The notes under the pieces were generated by a model, which saw only the letters and a program-made list of their open reading frames with translations, was not told the DNA's origin and searched no databases. Position numbers and translations under genes: made by a program. A stretch of 62,480 nucleotides of DNA, counting the filler, from Basidiobolus meristosporus CBS 931.73 (lineage: Eukaryota; Fungi; Basidiobolomycota), in NCBI GenBank assembly GCA_002104905.1. It is 5 parts of 5 records of this genome, joined end to end, with 100 filler letters (N's around TTAATTAATTAA, not from the genome) between each part and the next. Parts side by side here need not be neighbours in the genome. Positions count along the whole stretch, not along the records: positions 18,219 to 28,640 come from MCFE01001301.1; positions 28,741 to 42,331 come from MCFE01001201.1; 3 more parts are not named here. One strand, written 5' to 3'. Position 1 is the first letter of the stretch; every line of letters starts with the position of its first letter. Below, piece after piece: positions 19,801 to 33,340 of this stretch.

Positions 19801-20521
19801 CAATGGGTATTGAATTAGCATGATCAGCTTAATTTATCTGATTTTGATGCATTATGATTGAATATTCATTAATCACTGTGTATCCCATCATCATGCTGCA
19901 AAAATCATCCTCAAACAATAATTTGGTAACTTTATGGATGATTTACTCATAAGTCTATAATCAAATAGGAAATCTGCAATTGCCGTGATCTGATCCGTGT
20001 CAATGCAATCCAAGATGCATCATGCATGATTTATGGAAAGTTCAACAATAACATTAGTTTTCAATTATATTTCATATATGACAAGGTTGATGCCAATATA
20101 CTACTCTATAAGTTTTCGGATCCATCACCATTGTCCCTATGCCAAATCTTAGCACATCTTTGGTACAACCTAAACAAAACCCATCCCTCCGCTCACATAC
20201 ATGGTCTGGGCTGGAAAAGTCAATGCATAATATGTCTGAGTTCTTGCCAAATGATCTTAGTAAGGCCCAAATGTCTATGATTATCCTTCATATATATATG
20301 TGGGTATTATACACCAATCTAGCAGAACTGGATACCTCACAGAGCTGAAAGAGATGGAAGAATGTGAATAGAAAGCTGTTGCAGGAGTTCTACTTCAAGA
20401 TGCTAGCAAATGAATGTAAGAGGATTTAGAGTAAGATGAATATTGAAATTAAGAATGAGCTGAGAGTGAGTGGATTTGATGTAGAAGCAGTGCACAAACA
20501 ATCCTGCACACATTTGCATAG

Positions 20522-23500
20522 TGTTATGATCTGCTGCTTGAATGTCTAAGTTAGATCAGTTTTTAGTCAAATCAATTAGTTATTTGTTTAGGTTATCAGT
20601 ATAACAGTATTATCTATCAAATTAGTAACATTAGTTAGCAAATGAATCAGCAGATCCTTATCAGACAGAAATAGATATATTAGGTGGGATCTTATTGGGT
20701 AATGATGATGCAATCAAATGAGTCATCAGCCACAGCCTATATTAAGAAATACAATTAGTCAGCAATTGATCTGGCAAAAAAGTATGTAAGGAGCTGCTGG
20801 AATCTCAATCAAGATCAGTTCAAATTTTAGTGAATACAATACTAGCTAAACTCACTATTCCTCTACAACTCTTGCAACAAGACTTGTAACATTGGTAGCA
20901 GCAATAACCAGAAACATCCCTCCTGAAGAAAGAAGAAGCCTCCCTCAAGATGTCGGAAAATCAAGAATGGAAGAATGCTATGCAACAAATCCTGGCCCAG
21001 CAGCAACAGTTATTTCAGATCCTGAGTCAGCAGCAACAAGGAATGGCCACCATGGCTCAAAGCCAGCAAAACCCTGTCAAGAGCAACTTTAGTGTGAAGG
21101 TCAACCAGTACCATGGTAGAGTCAATGAAAACCTGGGAACTTGGCTCTTCCAGATTGAAGAAGCTTTTAAGGCTAAAGGAATTACTCCAGAAAACAAGTT
21201 GCATTATGCAGCCTCTTACCTGGCAGATGCAGCTTTGCAGTGGTACCACAACACAATCAGGTCAGCCACCATGATGGGATGGTCTACAATCTCTGCCTGG
21301 GATGAGTTTGAGTTGGAAATTCAGGATGCCTTTGAGCCCCCACACCAACAGATACTGCTAAGAAGAAAGTTGAAGACACTTAGACAAAAAGGAATGGTCC
21401 AAGAGTACATCTATGAATATAGATGTCTACTTGGGCAAATTGAAAGAATGGACCCTCTGTATCAAGTTGAATACTTTGTTGATGGGTTGAAAGAAAGAAC
21501 CTGTAAGGAAGTGAATTATTGAAGACCTCAGACTATTGAAGAAGCCATCAAGATTGCCATTGACTATGACTCAGCTATGTTTGGAGTTGGGAAGCCCACA
21601 ATGACTAATCAGAGAGCCTACAATCACTATGAAAGAAGACAATCAGAAGCAGTGCCAATCCAAATAGACACTATGCAGAAGAATATAAGAAGAAAGGACT
21701 TTGCTTCAATTGTCACCAGCAGGGACATATTGTAAAGTACTGCCCTCAGAGAAGAAATGGATACCAGCCATCAAGAACCTTTAACCATATTGAGGCCATG
21801 GAGCATAGTAACATGGAGGATGATCTTGAAGAAAACTCAGAACTCACCTTCCACATGACAGAAGAATACCTATCACAGATGACCTAAACTCAGGAAAGCT
21901 ATTATACTTGAATGGAGTGATCAATGGAGTACCTGCCAAGATCATGATTGACTCAGGAGCATCACATGGGTATATGTCAGGGCAATTTGCTCTGAAAGCT
22001 GGAATCAACTTGGAACCCACCAAAGCAACTTCAGTCTCAAAAGCTAATGGGAACTCTCACATAATCAACTGTATTACTCAGCCAGTAAAGATGAAGATCA
22101 ATGACTGTGAAGAAGATCTACAGGCCTATATATTTGGGAACTGCAAGCTTGACCTTGTACTTGGGAAAACCTGACTACTTTGTTGTCACCCATGAATCAA
22201 CTGGAGAACCCATGCTACTCAGATCCAGAAGGACAACAAGACCTATGAGCTATTACCTGCCAGACTGGATTTTAGCTTGGTCAATTCCAGTGTGTGTGAG
22301 ACAAGTGAGCTTAGCAAGACACAGTTCTGTGGAGCACTAAGAAAAGGCACCTAGATGTTCCTCATGGCAGTATTACAGGAGAGTTCCTCAAATCCAGTAC
22401 CCCAGAAGGTCCAGACTTTTTTGAAGGAGTATTCAGCTGTATTTCCAGAAGAGCTTGTAAGCCTACCACCAGTCAGATATGTGGATCATGCCATTGAAAC
22501 AGGAGATAGCCCTCTGTGAGCAAGACACCTTACAGAATGAGTCCATTGGAGTTGGAAGAGATGCAGAGACAAATAGATCAATTACTGGAGCAAGGATATA
22601 TCTGACCCAGCAAGTCACCTTGGAGAGCACCAGTACTTTTTGTGAAGAAGAAGGATGGATAACTTAGGATGTGCATTGACTACAGAGCCCTCAGCTCAGT
22701 TACCATGATGAATAAGTACCCCATACCTTGGATTGATGAGCTCTTGGACCAATTCAATGGAGCCACTATTTTCAGCAAGATTGACCTCATGTCAGGATAC
22801 AACCAGATTAGGGTGAAGCCAGAAGACATCCCTAAGAGAGCATTCAGGACCAGATATGGACATTACAAGTACTTAGTCATGAGTTTTGGCCTCACCAATG
22901 CCCCTGCAACATTCATGGCCCTGATGCAGACTGTCTTCCAGGAGTACTTAGACAAGTTTGTCATAATCTACCTGGATGATATATTGATATACAGCAAGAC
23001 AGAAGAGGATCACTTGGTGCAAATTGAAAAGGTCTTGAAGAAGCTAAGAAAGAACAAGCTTTATGGCAAGCTACCCAAGTGCAAATTCTTCAAGGAACAC
23101 ATTGAATATCTGGGACACATAGTGACTAACACAGGAGTAACCTTAGACCCTAAGAAGGTGGAAGTAATCAAGAATCTGAAGCAGCCCCATAGCATATCAG
23201 AGCTCAGATCATTCCTTGGAATGGCTTCCTATTATTGGAGATTTGTCAAGTCCTTTGCAAGTTATGCAGCCCCTTCAACGGATACCCACAAGAAAGACAA
23301 TACCCACAAATGGGACATAGCTTGTGAGACTGCCTTCCAGACACTCCAGAATGAACTAGCTAAGCTGCCAAGCTTAAGAATACCAAACTTCAGAAAAGAG
23401 TTCACTCTGTGCACAGATGCTTCAGATTATGCAATTGGTGGAGTGTTGAGCCAAGAACACAAGGGAAAGAACTACCCTGTTGCCTTTGAATCCAAGAAAC

Positions 23501-25445
23501 TGAACTCAGCAGAACAAAATTACACAGTTCATGAGAAGGAGATGCTTGCCATAATACACTGTTTGAAGACATGGAGATGCTATATTGAAGGAGTCAAATG
23601 CACTGTGAAGACTGATCATGCCTCCCTCAAGTGTACACTTACTCAGAAGGTACTCTCCAGAGGAATGAAAAGATGGAGTGAAAACATTCAGCAATTTGAC
23701 TTGGAGATTATCTACAACCCTGGAAAAAACAACACAGTTGCTGATGCCTTATCAAGATTAGATCAAGTTGCACAACTCAGCTTGGTGCATGAATCAGATT
23801 GGCCTAGCCTATTACCAAAGTACTTAGAGGACCAAGCCATTCTTAATGAAGTGGATGAAGATATTAAGAAGATAATCTGGGATGAAGCTAGCAGATTTGT
23901 AGTACAGGATGAATCACTCTACCAAATTGTTGATGGAAGTCCTATTACCTATTGCCCTTATGTTTCTTGCCTGGACTTAACACATAGGCTACACAATGGA
24001 TATGGACATCTTGGAATGGAAGGAACTTATAGTCTTGTGAAAGCCAAAGCATGGTGGCCCAGAATGAAACAAGCCATTGAGAAGCTAGTGAAAGCATGCC
24101 CAGATTGCCAAATGAACCAAGGCCAACCACAGAGAATTGCCAGACTCTTTCCCTTGGAGCCTGTAAGACCATTTGAAAGATGGGGAATTGACTTTATTGA
24201 AAGACTGCCAACTACCAGGAAATGCAACCGTTGGATCCTAGTAGCAATTGACCATGCTACAAAATGGCCAGCGGCTAAAGCTGTACCAATAGCCAGTGAA
24301 CCAGAAGTTGCAAGTTTCATTTACCATGAGATCCTTATGAAGTTTTGATGCCCTGTAGAGATTCTATCCACTAGAGGTGCAAACTTTATGGCAAAGACAT
24401 TGGAAGCTTACCTGGAAATGCAGCAGATCAGACACTTGAAAACCTTGGCATATCACCCCAGAACTAATGGAGTCACTGAGCAGTTTAATGGATTATTTGG
24501 AAAAATGCTGACCAAGTATGCAAATGGAGTTATCAGTAGATGCAATGGGTATATAGACCAAGCACTCTTTTCATGCAGAATCAGAGTACACAACACCACC
24601 CAGCAATCATCATTTTACTTAGTGTATGGATGTGAACCAAGGATTCCAGGAGACCTCACACAACTAAAGCTTATAGACACCTTAGAAGATGAACTCAGTC
24701 AGCCAAGTAGACACCAGCAACTGGAACAAAGATGTCAAGAGGCACAGACCAAAGTATCTCAAAGTGCAGAAAAGATGAAGCAGAGATTTGATAAGACTAT
24801 AGCACCAGCAGCATTGACAGTTGGGAACTTTGTATTGCTAAGAAACTACACTTGGAAGAAGTTTGAGCCACAATGGACAGGACCATTCAAGATCATCAGA
24901 GAATGTCCATTTGCAACTTACCAACTAGTGGACAAACAAGGCAATATCTGGGAAGACTAAGTGTATAGGGACAGACTCAAGCTTGCAAGACTTGCTGATA
25001 ATACTGAACCATCAAGATATTGGTATCACAAGACAAGAGATTCAAGAGAACCCTCTCAACTTTAGCAGGGGAGAATGTTATGATCTGCTGCTTGAATGTT
25101 TAATTTAGATCAGTTTTTAGTCAAATCAATTAGTTATTTGTTTAGGTTATCAGTGTATCAGTATTATCTATGAAATCAGTTACATTAGTCAGCATATGAA
25201 TCAGCCAATCCTTATTGGACAGAAATAGATATATTAGGTAGGATCTTATTGGGTGATGATGATGCAATCAAATGAGTCATCAGCCTCAGCCTACATTAAG
25301 AAATAAAATTAGTTAGCAATTGATCTGGCAAAAATATATATAAGGAGCTGCTGGAATCTCAATACTGATCAGTTCAAGTTTTAGTGAATACAATACTGGC
25401 TAAACTCCCTATTCCTCTACAACTCTTACAACAAGACTTGTAACA
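20522..25445 (+). mobile_element. Full-structure, decayed Ty3/gypsy LTR retrotransposon; LTRs 20522-20891 and 25076-25445
   Basis: TGTTA...TAACA LTR pair; PBS TGGTAGCAG at 20893; PPT AGCAGGGGAGAA; gag 20950-21522; protease MIDSGA; RT YLDDIL; RNase H TDASDY; integrase HH-CC and WGIDFI. Several stops and frameshifts; flanks CATAG and CAGTA do not match. Confidence 0.93.
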
Positions 25446-25479
25446 CAGTACTGGCCAGACAAGTCTATTTGTACCTTAA

Positions 25480-26400
25480 CCTTGAGCACTAAAGAGATTT
25501 TGAATGAGGTTTTGCCTCATATGACTAATGTACTATGTTACTTATCAGTAGGGCCAAGTGGCTTCCAAGAGCAATACACAAAGGACTCATCAAGGCAGTA
25601 GTTCTAAATTACTAGACACAGGGTAAGTGATACCTTGAGGAATCAGCAGGTGAACATCCGCAAGAAGAATACAGACTGCAAGCAACTACATCTAGATTGC
25701 ACCAGCATGTCTTGCTGGATTCATTACCATCTGCTGCAATATCAGCAAGCTGGTGCATTTCAGTCTAATCTAGGCCAAAACCCCTCGCAAGAGCATCCTA
25801 CATTGAGTCAACATAGTTCAGTTCAGCATGTATTCTTCTGAGCACAACTCCCAGAACTTACAAAACTGCTTCTTTAAGCACAAGTCTATTGCAGAAGGCC
25901 AAGCTATGCTAACATGTAACATTACATATGAACTCAGCCAAAGGGCTATGCCAACACACCTAGTTGCACCTGCACATGCTGGCACAACTGAACATCAGCA
26001 TGTTACTTATGGTGAGCTGATTGACAGTGGCTCATCTAAAGTTCCTCAGCCACCAGAGTCTTTAGTATGTAAAAGAATGCGTCAGTGCATTGCACCTCAG
26101 GCTGGTTCCCTTATGTTATCTGGAACAATTCAGTGTGGCCAAGCTCCAGCATTGTGCTCATCTACTAGGAGGCAAAATACTGACTTTGAGTACACAAGTA
26201 GCCAAGATGATAGTCAACAAGGAAGTAATTCAGGTGTGCAAAATGAATCACTACCAAATGCTTCAATAGTAATCCCTGTGATAATAAGCCTAGAGGATGA
26301 TGTGATTGCATTGAATTACTACAATTTATGGTGATCCAAATAGCCCTTTTTTTGCAATCAAAATAAGCCATTGCAAGTCAGTAATCATTGATTTAGGTAG
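25480..26400 (+). repeat. Unclassified dispersed repeat family X, copy 1 (approximate limits)
   Basis: Shares ggtgaRctgaYtga, ccaccagag..agtaaaagaatgc and caagtagccaagatgat blocks with 26790-27450 and 42490-43100. Confidence 0.65.
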
Positions 26401-26789
26401 TTTGTGGATTGGTCAATGAGCCAATTGGGGGCTACAAGCTTTGGAAAATTTCTAACCAATCAGCCATTGATATACAACCCAGCTGGAGTGATAGTCACCA
26501 AACTGGTAAATATCAGTGTAGTTGACAGTGTTACAAATATATACTTCCATATACATTAACAAAACATATCCAAGTACCAGATTTTACCAACCTTAATAAT
26601 GGTATCCAATTGCACATGAGATGCAAACATTACTAGTTGGCACAAACAAGGACTATGTCACACCCCCTGGCATGGAAAAATGGAACAGAACTAATATATA
26701 AAAAGACAAGTATTGAAAGCTAAAATGAGCTCAGAGTTAGGGGATTCAATCAGGAAGCCAGGAGAAAATGACTCTGCACATAATTTATA

Positions 26790-27450
26790 CAGTACAGGCT
26801 GGACTCATTTGTTTGTGCCTCAGCTTTGGGAACCAAAGAAATTTTGAATGAGTTTTTGCCTCAAGTGACTAATGTACTCTATGATATATTAGTAGAGCTA
26901 AGTGGCTCTGAAGAGCATATTCACAGGACTCACCAAAGCAATACCTTCAAAGTATCTGACAGAGGGTAAGCAAATACATTGAGGAATCAGAAGGTGAGCT
27001 TCAAGGGGACAAATGCAGGCCACAAGCAACTGCAACAAGACTCAATCAGCTAGCCTTACTGGATTTCTTACCATCCTCTACTATGTCAGTGTGCCAGTGC
27101 ATGCCAGTCCAATCTATATCCATACCCTTAACAAGATCATCCTGCATTGAGTCAATGGGCGTCAGATCAATATGCATGCTACGGAGCAAAACTACTGTAT
27201 TTCACCAAACTGCCTATTTAGACACAGGTTCATTGGAGGAGGCCAAGCTGCACCAATATGTAACATTACATTGAACACAGTCAATGGCTATGCCACCACA
27301 TCAAGTTGCGCCTGCTTATGCTGTTACACCTGACCATTGGCAATTTACTTCTGGTGAACTGACTGACAGTGGCCCACTTGAAGTGACTCTACCACTGGAG
27401 TCTTTGGCAAGTAAAAGAATGCATCAGCACATGGCACTTCAGTTGGAGTG
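26790..27450 (+). repeat. Repeat family X, copy 2 (approximate limits)
   Basis: Colinear, diverged match to 25480-26100. Confidence 0.6.
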
Positions 27451-27789
27451 ATGGTAGCCAAGATGGTAAGTATTAGTGTAGTTTATAGTGTGATATGCAT
27501 ATATTTTCATCTACATTAAAGAAACATATCCAAATCCCACATGCTACCTACCATATTGGTGTTATCTAATTGCACATGTGATGCAAACATGATAAATTGG
27601 TGCAATTATCTGTGCCAACCTCATATCTTAGAATTGCCATGGTGTGCAAGATTATCCCAAATTTTATAAAATTGCCCAAGAGTAGTCCCACCTACTTGTA
27701 GCTAGAATATTGTGCCCAGTTGTTCTTTGCAACTGTGGATTGTGCTATGCACCCTGGCATGGTATGGTGGAACTATTCTAGTATTTTAA

Positions 27790-28640
27790 GAACAGCAGAT
27801 ACTACTGAAGAGAGAAGAACAAGGGTGCCACAGTCTGAAAACCAGTAGTTTCCTCAAGAGCTTGTGATTAGCAGAGCTAAAAGTGCGCAAGCAAGCAGCA
27901 ATGGAATGCTGGAGCACCAGTTGGGGACTTAAAGTCCTAAGCAAAATTTTTCTGTAGGTCTTCTTGGAATTAGCCATCGAGTTCTTTCATCTCAGGTTGA
28001 AAGAGGTTGCTGATAGGATCAAAAGAGTGGTTGTTTTGTTTTCAAGGTCAATGAGATAGTTTGGGAAGCAATACACCTTTGCTGCAAGAGGCTGGTATTC
28101 TCATATAGTTTGCATGATAGATTCTAGGGATTGTTGTAGTTTTGATCTTCTACTTGTTAGTTGGGTTATGGTGAGTTAGTCATGAGCTCTTGAGAACTAT
28201 GGAGTAGTGAGAGTTGTAAGAGTCTTGGAGATATTGGAAGTGATTGGGAGAACAAGTAGATTATGTGGTTTTCACTTAATGATTTATTGAATGTAAAAGT
28301 AGTATTTATACTTTTACCTGGTCTTGGCATTATAAACACGTAGAATAGGTTAAGGAAGGTTCCAAGAACATGTGTGCAAAGTTTGGGGCTGTTTGGACAA
28401 CTTTGAGAATTTTCATGTTCTGGGTACCTAGTATTTTGATGAAAATATTCTTAGTAAATCCTGACACGGAATTTGGTCAGTATTCTTTAGGATTTGATGG
28501 TAATGATCTAAGTGACTAAGTTAGGTGAATATTTAGGTGGAAATACAAATTTTTACAACAGGGAGGAGAGTAGATGTTGTTCAAGGCTAGTGTCTCAGAG
28601 TGACTATATTGGGCAGCTGGAGTAGACATTTCTCATGAAT
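27790..28640 (-). pseudogene. Degenerate LINE-like fragment (APE region), interrupted by a solo LTR
   Basis: Minus strand gives LALNNIYSPP, resembling the APE N-x-Y-x-P motif; many stops. Confidence 0.4.
28212..28560 (-). mobile_element. Solo LTR-A
   Basis: Near-identical to 8874-9222; flanks GTGAG and GGGAG (1 mismatch). Confidence 0.88.
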
Positions 28641-28740
28641 NNNNNNNNNNNNNNNNNNNNNNNNNNNNNNNNNNNNNNNNNNNNTTAATTAATTAANNNN
28701 NNNNNNNNNNNNNNNNNNNNNNNNNNNNNNNNNNNNNNNN
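28641..28740. other. Artificial contig spacer
   Basis: N44-TTAATTAATTAA-N44. Confidence 0.97.
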
Positions 28741-29183
28741 ATATTATCGGATCCATCGAAGTTGGCAAGTACGCTGATCTCGTCATGTACAACCCCGCCT
28801 TCTTCGGAACCAAGCCTGAGCTTATCATCAAGGGTGGTGTCATTGCTTGGGCCAACATGGGTGATGCTAACGCCTCTATTCCTACTACTCAACCAGTTGT
28901 TGTCGCGGAATGTACGGAGCTACTGGTAGAGGTGTTCGCGCCCTTGCTCTTGTCAGTCAAGGACTCAGTCGACTCTGGCGTCATTGCCAAGTACAACCTT
29001 CATAAGCAGGCTGTTCCTGTCAAGAAGTGCCGTGGCCTCAAGAAGTCTGACATGAAGCACAACGGTGTTACCCCCGAGATCAAGGTTGACCCCGAGACCT
29101 ACGAAGTTTACGCCGACGGTGTCCACATGATCTGTCCTCCTGCCACCGAATTGCCCATGGCTCAAAACTACTTCATCTTCTAA
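28741..29183 (+). CDS. URE1: Urease, C-terminal end (5' part beyond the contig edge)
   Basis: IGSIEVGKYADLVMYNPAFFGTKPELIIKGGVIAWANMGDANASIPT...EIKVDPETYEV.ADG...LPMAQNYFIF*. A ~23-codon stretch reads urease-like (RGMYGATGRGV) only in a shifted frame. Confidence 0.93.
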
Positions 29184-29743
29184 GCAACCAACTTAGCTTA
29201 TGTAAATTTCCAAGAATAAATATAGAATTGACGATTGTTAACCTAGCCAGCGCATTGAATATTTATGAGTCTCCATAAAGACTTGGAGCCAAAAATGCGG
29301 GAAACTAATGCCATGCATAGACCATATTCCCTATGAATATTCAGAATATCCGTAAACCTACTTTTCTTATACTATTCCAATACCGATTACGAAATTCCGC
29401 CCGAACAATTCTGTTCTCATAGTCTGAGACCCGACATGTATATATATAAGATCAAATCCTGTTTCTGATGTTACAAGATGGCTCAGGTTTGATATTATTG
29501 TCGTGGTTAGGTCATCAGCATCTTCAAACCATCACAACCAGAGACCTACCCCTGAACTATCCGTCGAGTATTACTAAAATTAGGCAAAACGGCTAAGACA
29601 TGCATATAGCAAACGTAGTTCACCAAAGTATAAAATAGCAAAACACGTTAGAAAATAAAGTAGTCTTTCCTTCCGGCCTCGACCTTTGAACACCAATCTC
29701 CGGCTAACACCCTTGGTAGTACAAACTACGACATTATCAGCTC

Positions 29744-29815
29744 GGCTCAATGGTCTAGTAGTATGATTCCTCGTTCGGGTCGAGGAGGTCCCGGGTTCAA
29801 TTCCCGGTTGAGCCC
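29744..29815 (+). tRNA. tRNA-Pro(CGG), intronless
   Basis: Acceptor GGCTCAA/TTGAGCC; anticodon arm CCTCG-TTCGGGT-CGAGG; T arm CCGGG-TTCAATT-CCCGG; downstream T run. D loop reads AGTAGT instead of the usual AGTGGT/AGGGGT. Confidence 0.88.
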
Positions 29816-30983
29816 ACAATTTTGTTAAATATTGGTTGGAGTCGTAACCGTTGCAAGTCAATAGTCTAGCATCCAACTATTACAGTGAAGCTTGTATAAT
29901 AACCAATTTTAAAACCTAACAAGTTGCATAGAAATGCAGTCATGTCTACCCGCGATTTAGCGCAAGTCAAGGTATTTGCAGGTTTGCATAATCAAGAATG
30001 TACTTAGCAAAGAGGTTGAATGACCCGGAAGCATCCAGTACTGCGAACATTGGGTGGCCGTCTTGGACTTTTAAGAGCGCAGGGAAGGCTGCACGGACAT
30101 CTGTGATAATTTCTTCTAACACAGTTTGTTTTCTGACAGTCACCTTGATCACCTTGACCACATTGGCATTGATCTATAGATAGAGTTATTGAAGAGGTTC
30201 TTCACCTCGGAAAGCAGGGGTCCATTAGGACCATCTTCAACGCTGGAGGTATGCTCAGTAGAGCAGATGCTTTGGTCATCCCTAAAACGTTAGCTTTGAG
30301 CTCACTTTACTACTAGCCATTCACCAAAGAGAATAGACCGACTTGATGGTCAAGCATCAGTGTTATTGATGTTTGATTGCCCATACAGACTTGCTTGCTC
30401 CGAGATTGGCAAATAAACCAAGAGTGCAGTTTGGCGGACGAAGTGGAATTTCATGGCTGCTAGGAAGTAATGAGAAAGAAGCTGGTCATTAAGGCTTATT
30501 ACATAGACAATATTCAACAGGTGTCAATACCCTTGAAGAAATAGTCATGTTGGTAATTATACCCAAGCGGAAAAAAAGTACGCAAACGGATTAATGGACA
30601 GATTTAGTAATTCATTGCCAAGATTTATTAATCCTAGCTAACATACAGAGCTTTGTGATAATTTTGGGCGATCAAACGCCCGATTTGGAAATGGTAATGG
30701 GTATTTATTGTCACTTCAACCTAAAATGAATTTCAATGACTTCTTTGAATCTGGGCTGCTTGATGGGTCCAACATCGTTCTCAAATGCTCTGGTCATGGC
30801 CTTCACATAATGTCCATCAAACAGGTTTCGATACACTCACTCGAGGATCATTTGAATGCTACTTTTGCGATGAAAAAATCCAACACTAGGCAGTTGCTGG
30901 AGATGTCAAGTATCCTTCAGGCCATTCATTCAAATACGAGTGTACCGGTGCTGCCTTAACTGCATAAACAGACTAGCCATAGC

Positions 30984-31315
30984 TGTTGTAAAAATTCGGG
31001 ATTCCACCTAAATATTCACCTAACTCAGTCACTTAGATCATTACCTACAAATCTTAGAGAATACTGACCAAATTCCTTGTCGGGATTTACTTAGAATATT
31101 TACCCAGAACATGAAAATTAGATAAGTTGTCCAAACAGCCCCAAACTTTGCACACATGTTCTTGAGACCTTCCTAAACATATTCTACGTGATTGTTATGC
31201 CAATACCATGTGAAAGTATAAATACTACTTTTACATTCAATATATCATTAAGTGAAAACCACATAATCTACTTGTTCGCTCAATCACTTCCAATATCTCC
31301 AAAACTCTTACAACA
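30984..31315 (+). mobile_element. Solo LTR-A with perfect 5-bp TSD ATAGC
   Basis: ATAGC-TGTTGTAA...TTACAACA-ATAGC. Confidence 0.92.
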
Positions 31316-31837
31316 ATAGCGAGATCGTGGGATATATACATAACATTCCACAAGTGAGCGCATGAAAAGTGTTCATAAATTTTACTCTCTGTTATGGTCT
31401 TTCATATCTGTACACGCACCGTACCAAACTACCGCCTAACCCACAATTTTGGCTAACTTCGATGATTTTAATGTTCTGAGTACCTGGCATTTTGGTGGAA
31501 GATTTTCAAGTAAATCCCGGCATAGAATTTGTGGAGGAAAAGTGAAGTTCATAAGATATGATCTAAGTGACTAAGTTAATGTAAATACTTGGGTTTAGAT
31601 ATGGAAGTGAATGATTCATTGCTTTGTAATGTGGAAGCACCAAACTTGATACATACAATTAGTTCTGGTGACAAACCTAATTGTTGTATCATATCAACTT
31701 GAATGACTAAGCTATCAACCAATCAAAGCTCATTGCTTTCATAGAGCATACTAATATAAGCAAGGATACTTGCTAAATGTGAAAACATAACATTTGCAAT
31801 TAGGGGTGCCATTAGGCAAGTCCTATAACAAAACGAC

Positions 31838-32186
31838 TATTATAAATCCTGTAAGTGTACCTAAATATTCCATTAACTTAGTCATTCAGATCATAGTTTA
31901 CAGATTTGTGAGTATTTTGCCTAAATTCCTGGTGGGGATTTACTTGGAATATTTTACCAAAGTATCAGATACGCAGGACATGAAAAATCTCAAAGTTGCC
32001 CAAAGCTCCACAATCTTTGCACACATGTTCCTGGGACCTTCACAAACATATTTTGCGTGTTTGTCTTGCCAAGACCATGTCAAAGTATAAATACCACTTT
32101 TATATTCAATTAATCATTAAGTAGCAACCACATAATCTACCTGTTATCCCAATCACGTTCAATATCTCCCAAACTATTACCACAAC
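31838..32186 (+). mobile_element. Diverged LTR-A remnant (approximate limits)
   Basis: cctaaatattc, cacatgttcctgggacctt and ccacataatctac blocks. Confidence 0.65.
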
Positions 32187-32877
32187 AAGCCCTTACAAAT
32201 AGCAAATATCAGGTATAATCACTCATAAACTCTGCCCTTCCATCTCCGATACATCCCAAGGTTTAAATACATATTCACTATTGTTATCATGTAAATGCGA
32301 TCAATACCATCTTGCTATATATTTTACTTAAAGCTGACCACAGATTAGGCAAAAAATTGGAATAGCATAAAAGTTAATACTCCTAAAATGGGTGGATGAT
32401 AACCCAACACGCCATGTGTTGAAATCATACAATTATCAGTCATCTGTTAGGAATCAGCCCTAATATTTATACAAAGCCAGATGGGATGCTAATTACTAAG
32501 TGAAATATGCTGCATGGTAGAAAGATAATTGACAGTACTACTGTGGATGGGGAGAGAATGCCATGACCAACATATTTTATTTTAAATTATACACATCGAG
32601 ATTTTACAGCAAGCGTCATCAAAATAATAGAGAATACAAAACCATCTAGACAAGTGCTCCTATAGTATTACCACGGAAATGATACTGTTGGCTACCTAGG
32701 TAACACAGATGAAATGAACAGGACTCATGACACCTAATCGGACTCCATATCTGGTGGTGAGCTGTTATCGGTGATTATATCGAGAAGCCATCCACTCCAA
32801 CCGCAGTGCTGCAAGTTCAATGGGAGTTTTTCAGCTTTAATATAAGGTTTCGGCGCCAGAGCAATATTCAGAACACT

Positions 32878-33340
32878 ATGGTGATGGAACAGCAATACCA
32901 ACTAGCCCAGCTGAATGTCGGCAACATGCTTGCGCCGCTCGAGGATCCGATCATGGCTGGATTTGTTCAGCAGCTCGATGTCATCAATGGAGTTGCCGAT
33001 GCCTCGCCAGGATTTGTCTGGAGACTGCAAACTGAGGACGGAGATGCGACTACCATTCGCATATACGAGAACGAACTGATCTTGGTGAACCTCTCTGTGT
33101 GGGAGTCCAAGGATGATCTGTTCAGCTTTGTCTACCGCTCGGATCACAAGCATGTCCTGAAGCAACGCCGACAGTGGTTTGAACGCTGGAAGGGCCCTTA
33201 CACAGTGCTGTGGTGGGTCAAACAGGGGCACACTCCTACCCCGCAGGAGGCGAAGGAGCGCCTGGAATACCTAGCTCAGCATGGGGACTCCCCTCACGCG
33301 TTTTTCCTTTCGCAAGTCCTTTCCTCCTCCATCTGAATGA
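32878..33340 (+). CDS. DUF3291-family protein, copy 1, intronless; +1 T near the C-terminus
   Basis: LAQLNVG..LAPLEDP.MAGFV..LD.INGVADASPGFVWRLQTEDGDAT...VNLSVWES...WF...LWWV..GH.PT.QEAKERL matches my recollection of the bacterial DUF3291 consensus. Removing one T restores AFSFRKSFPPPSE*. Confidence 0.85.

Noticed and set aside
24960-25075. Chromodomain at the end of the gypsy integrase
   Set aside because: The reading frame ends shortly after the GPF(K)I motif and reaches the PPT without a chromodomain-like stretch.
28741-29183. Urease and carbonic anhydrase as a linked pH/CO2 cluster
   Set aside because: They lie on different contigs separated by artificial spacers.
29940-30470. Possible small minus-strand secreted-protein gene
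   Set aside because: Needs an assumed indel and unverified introns; no recognisable family.
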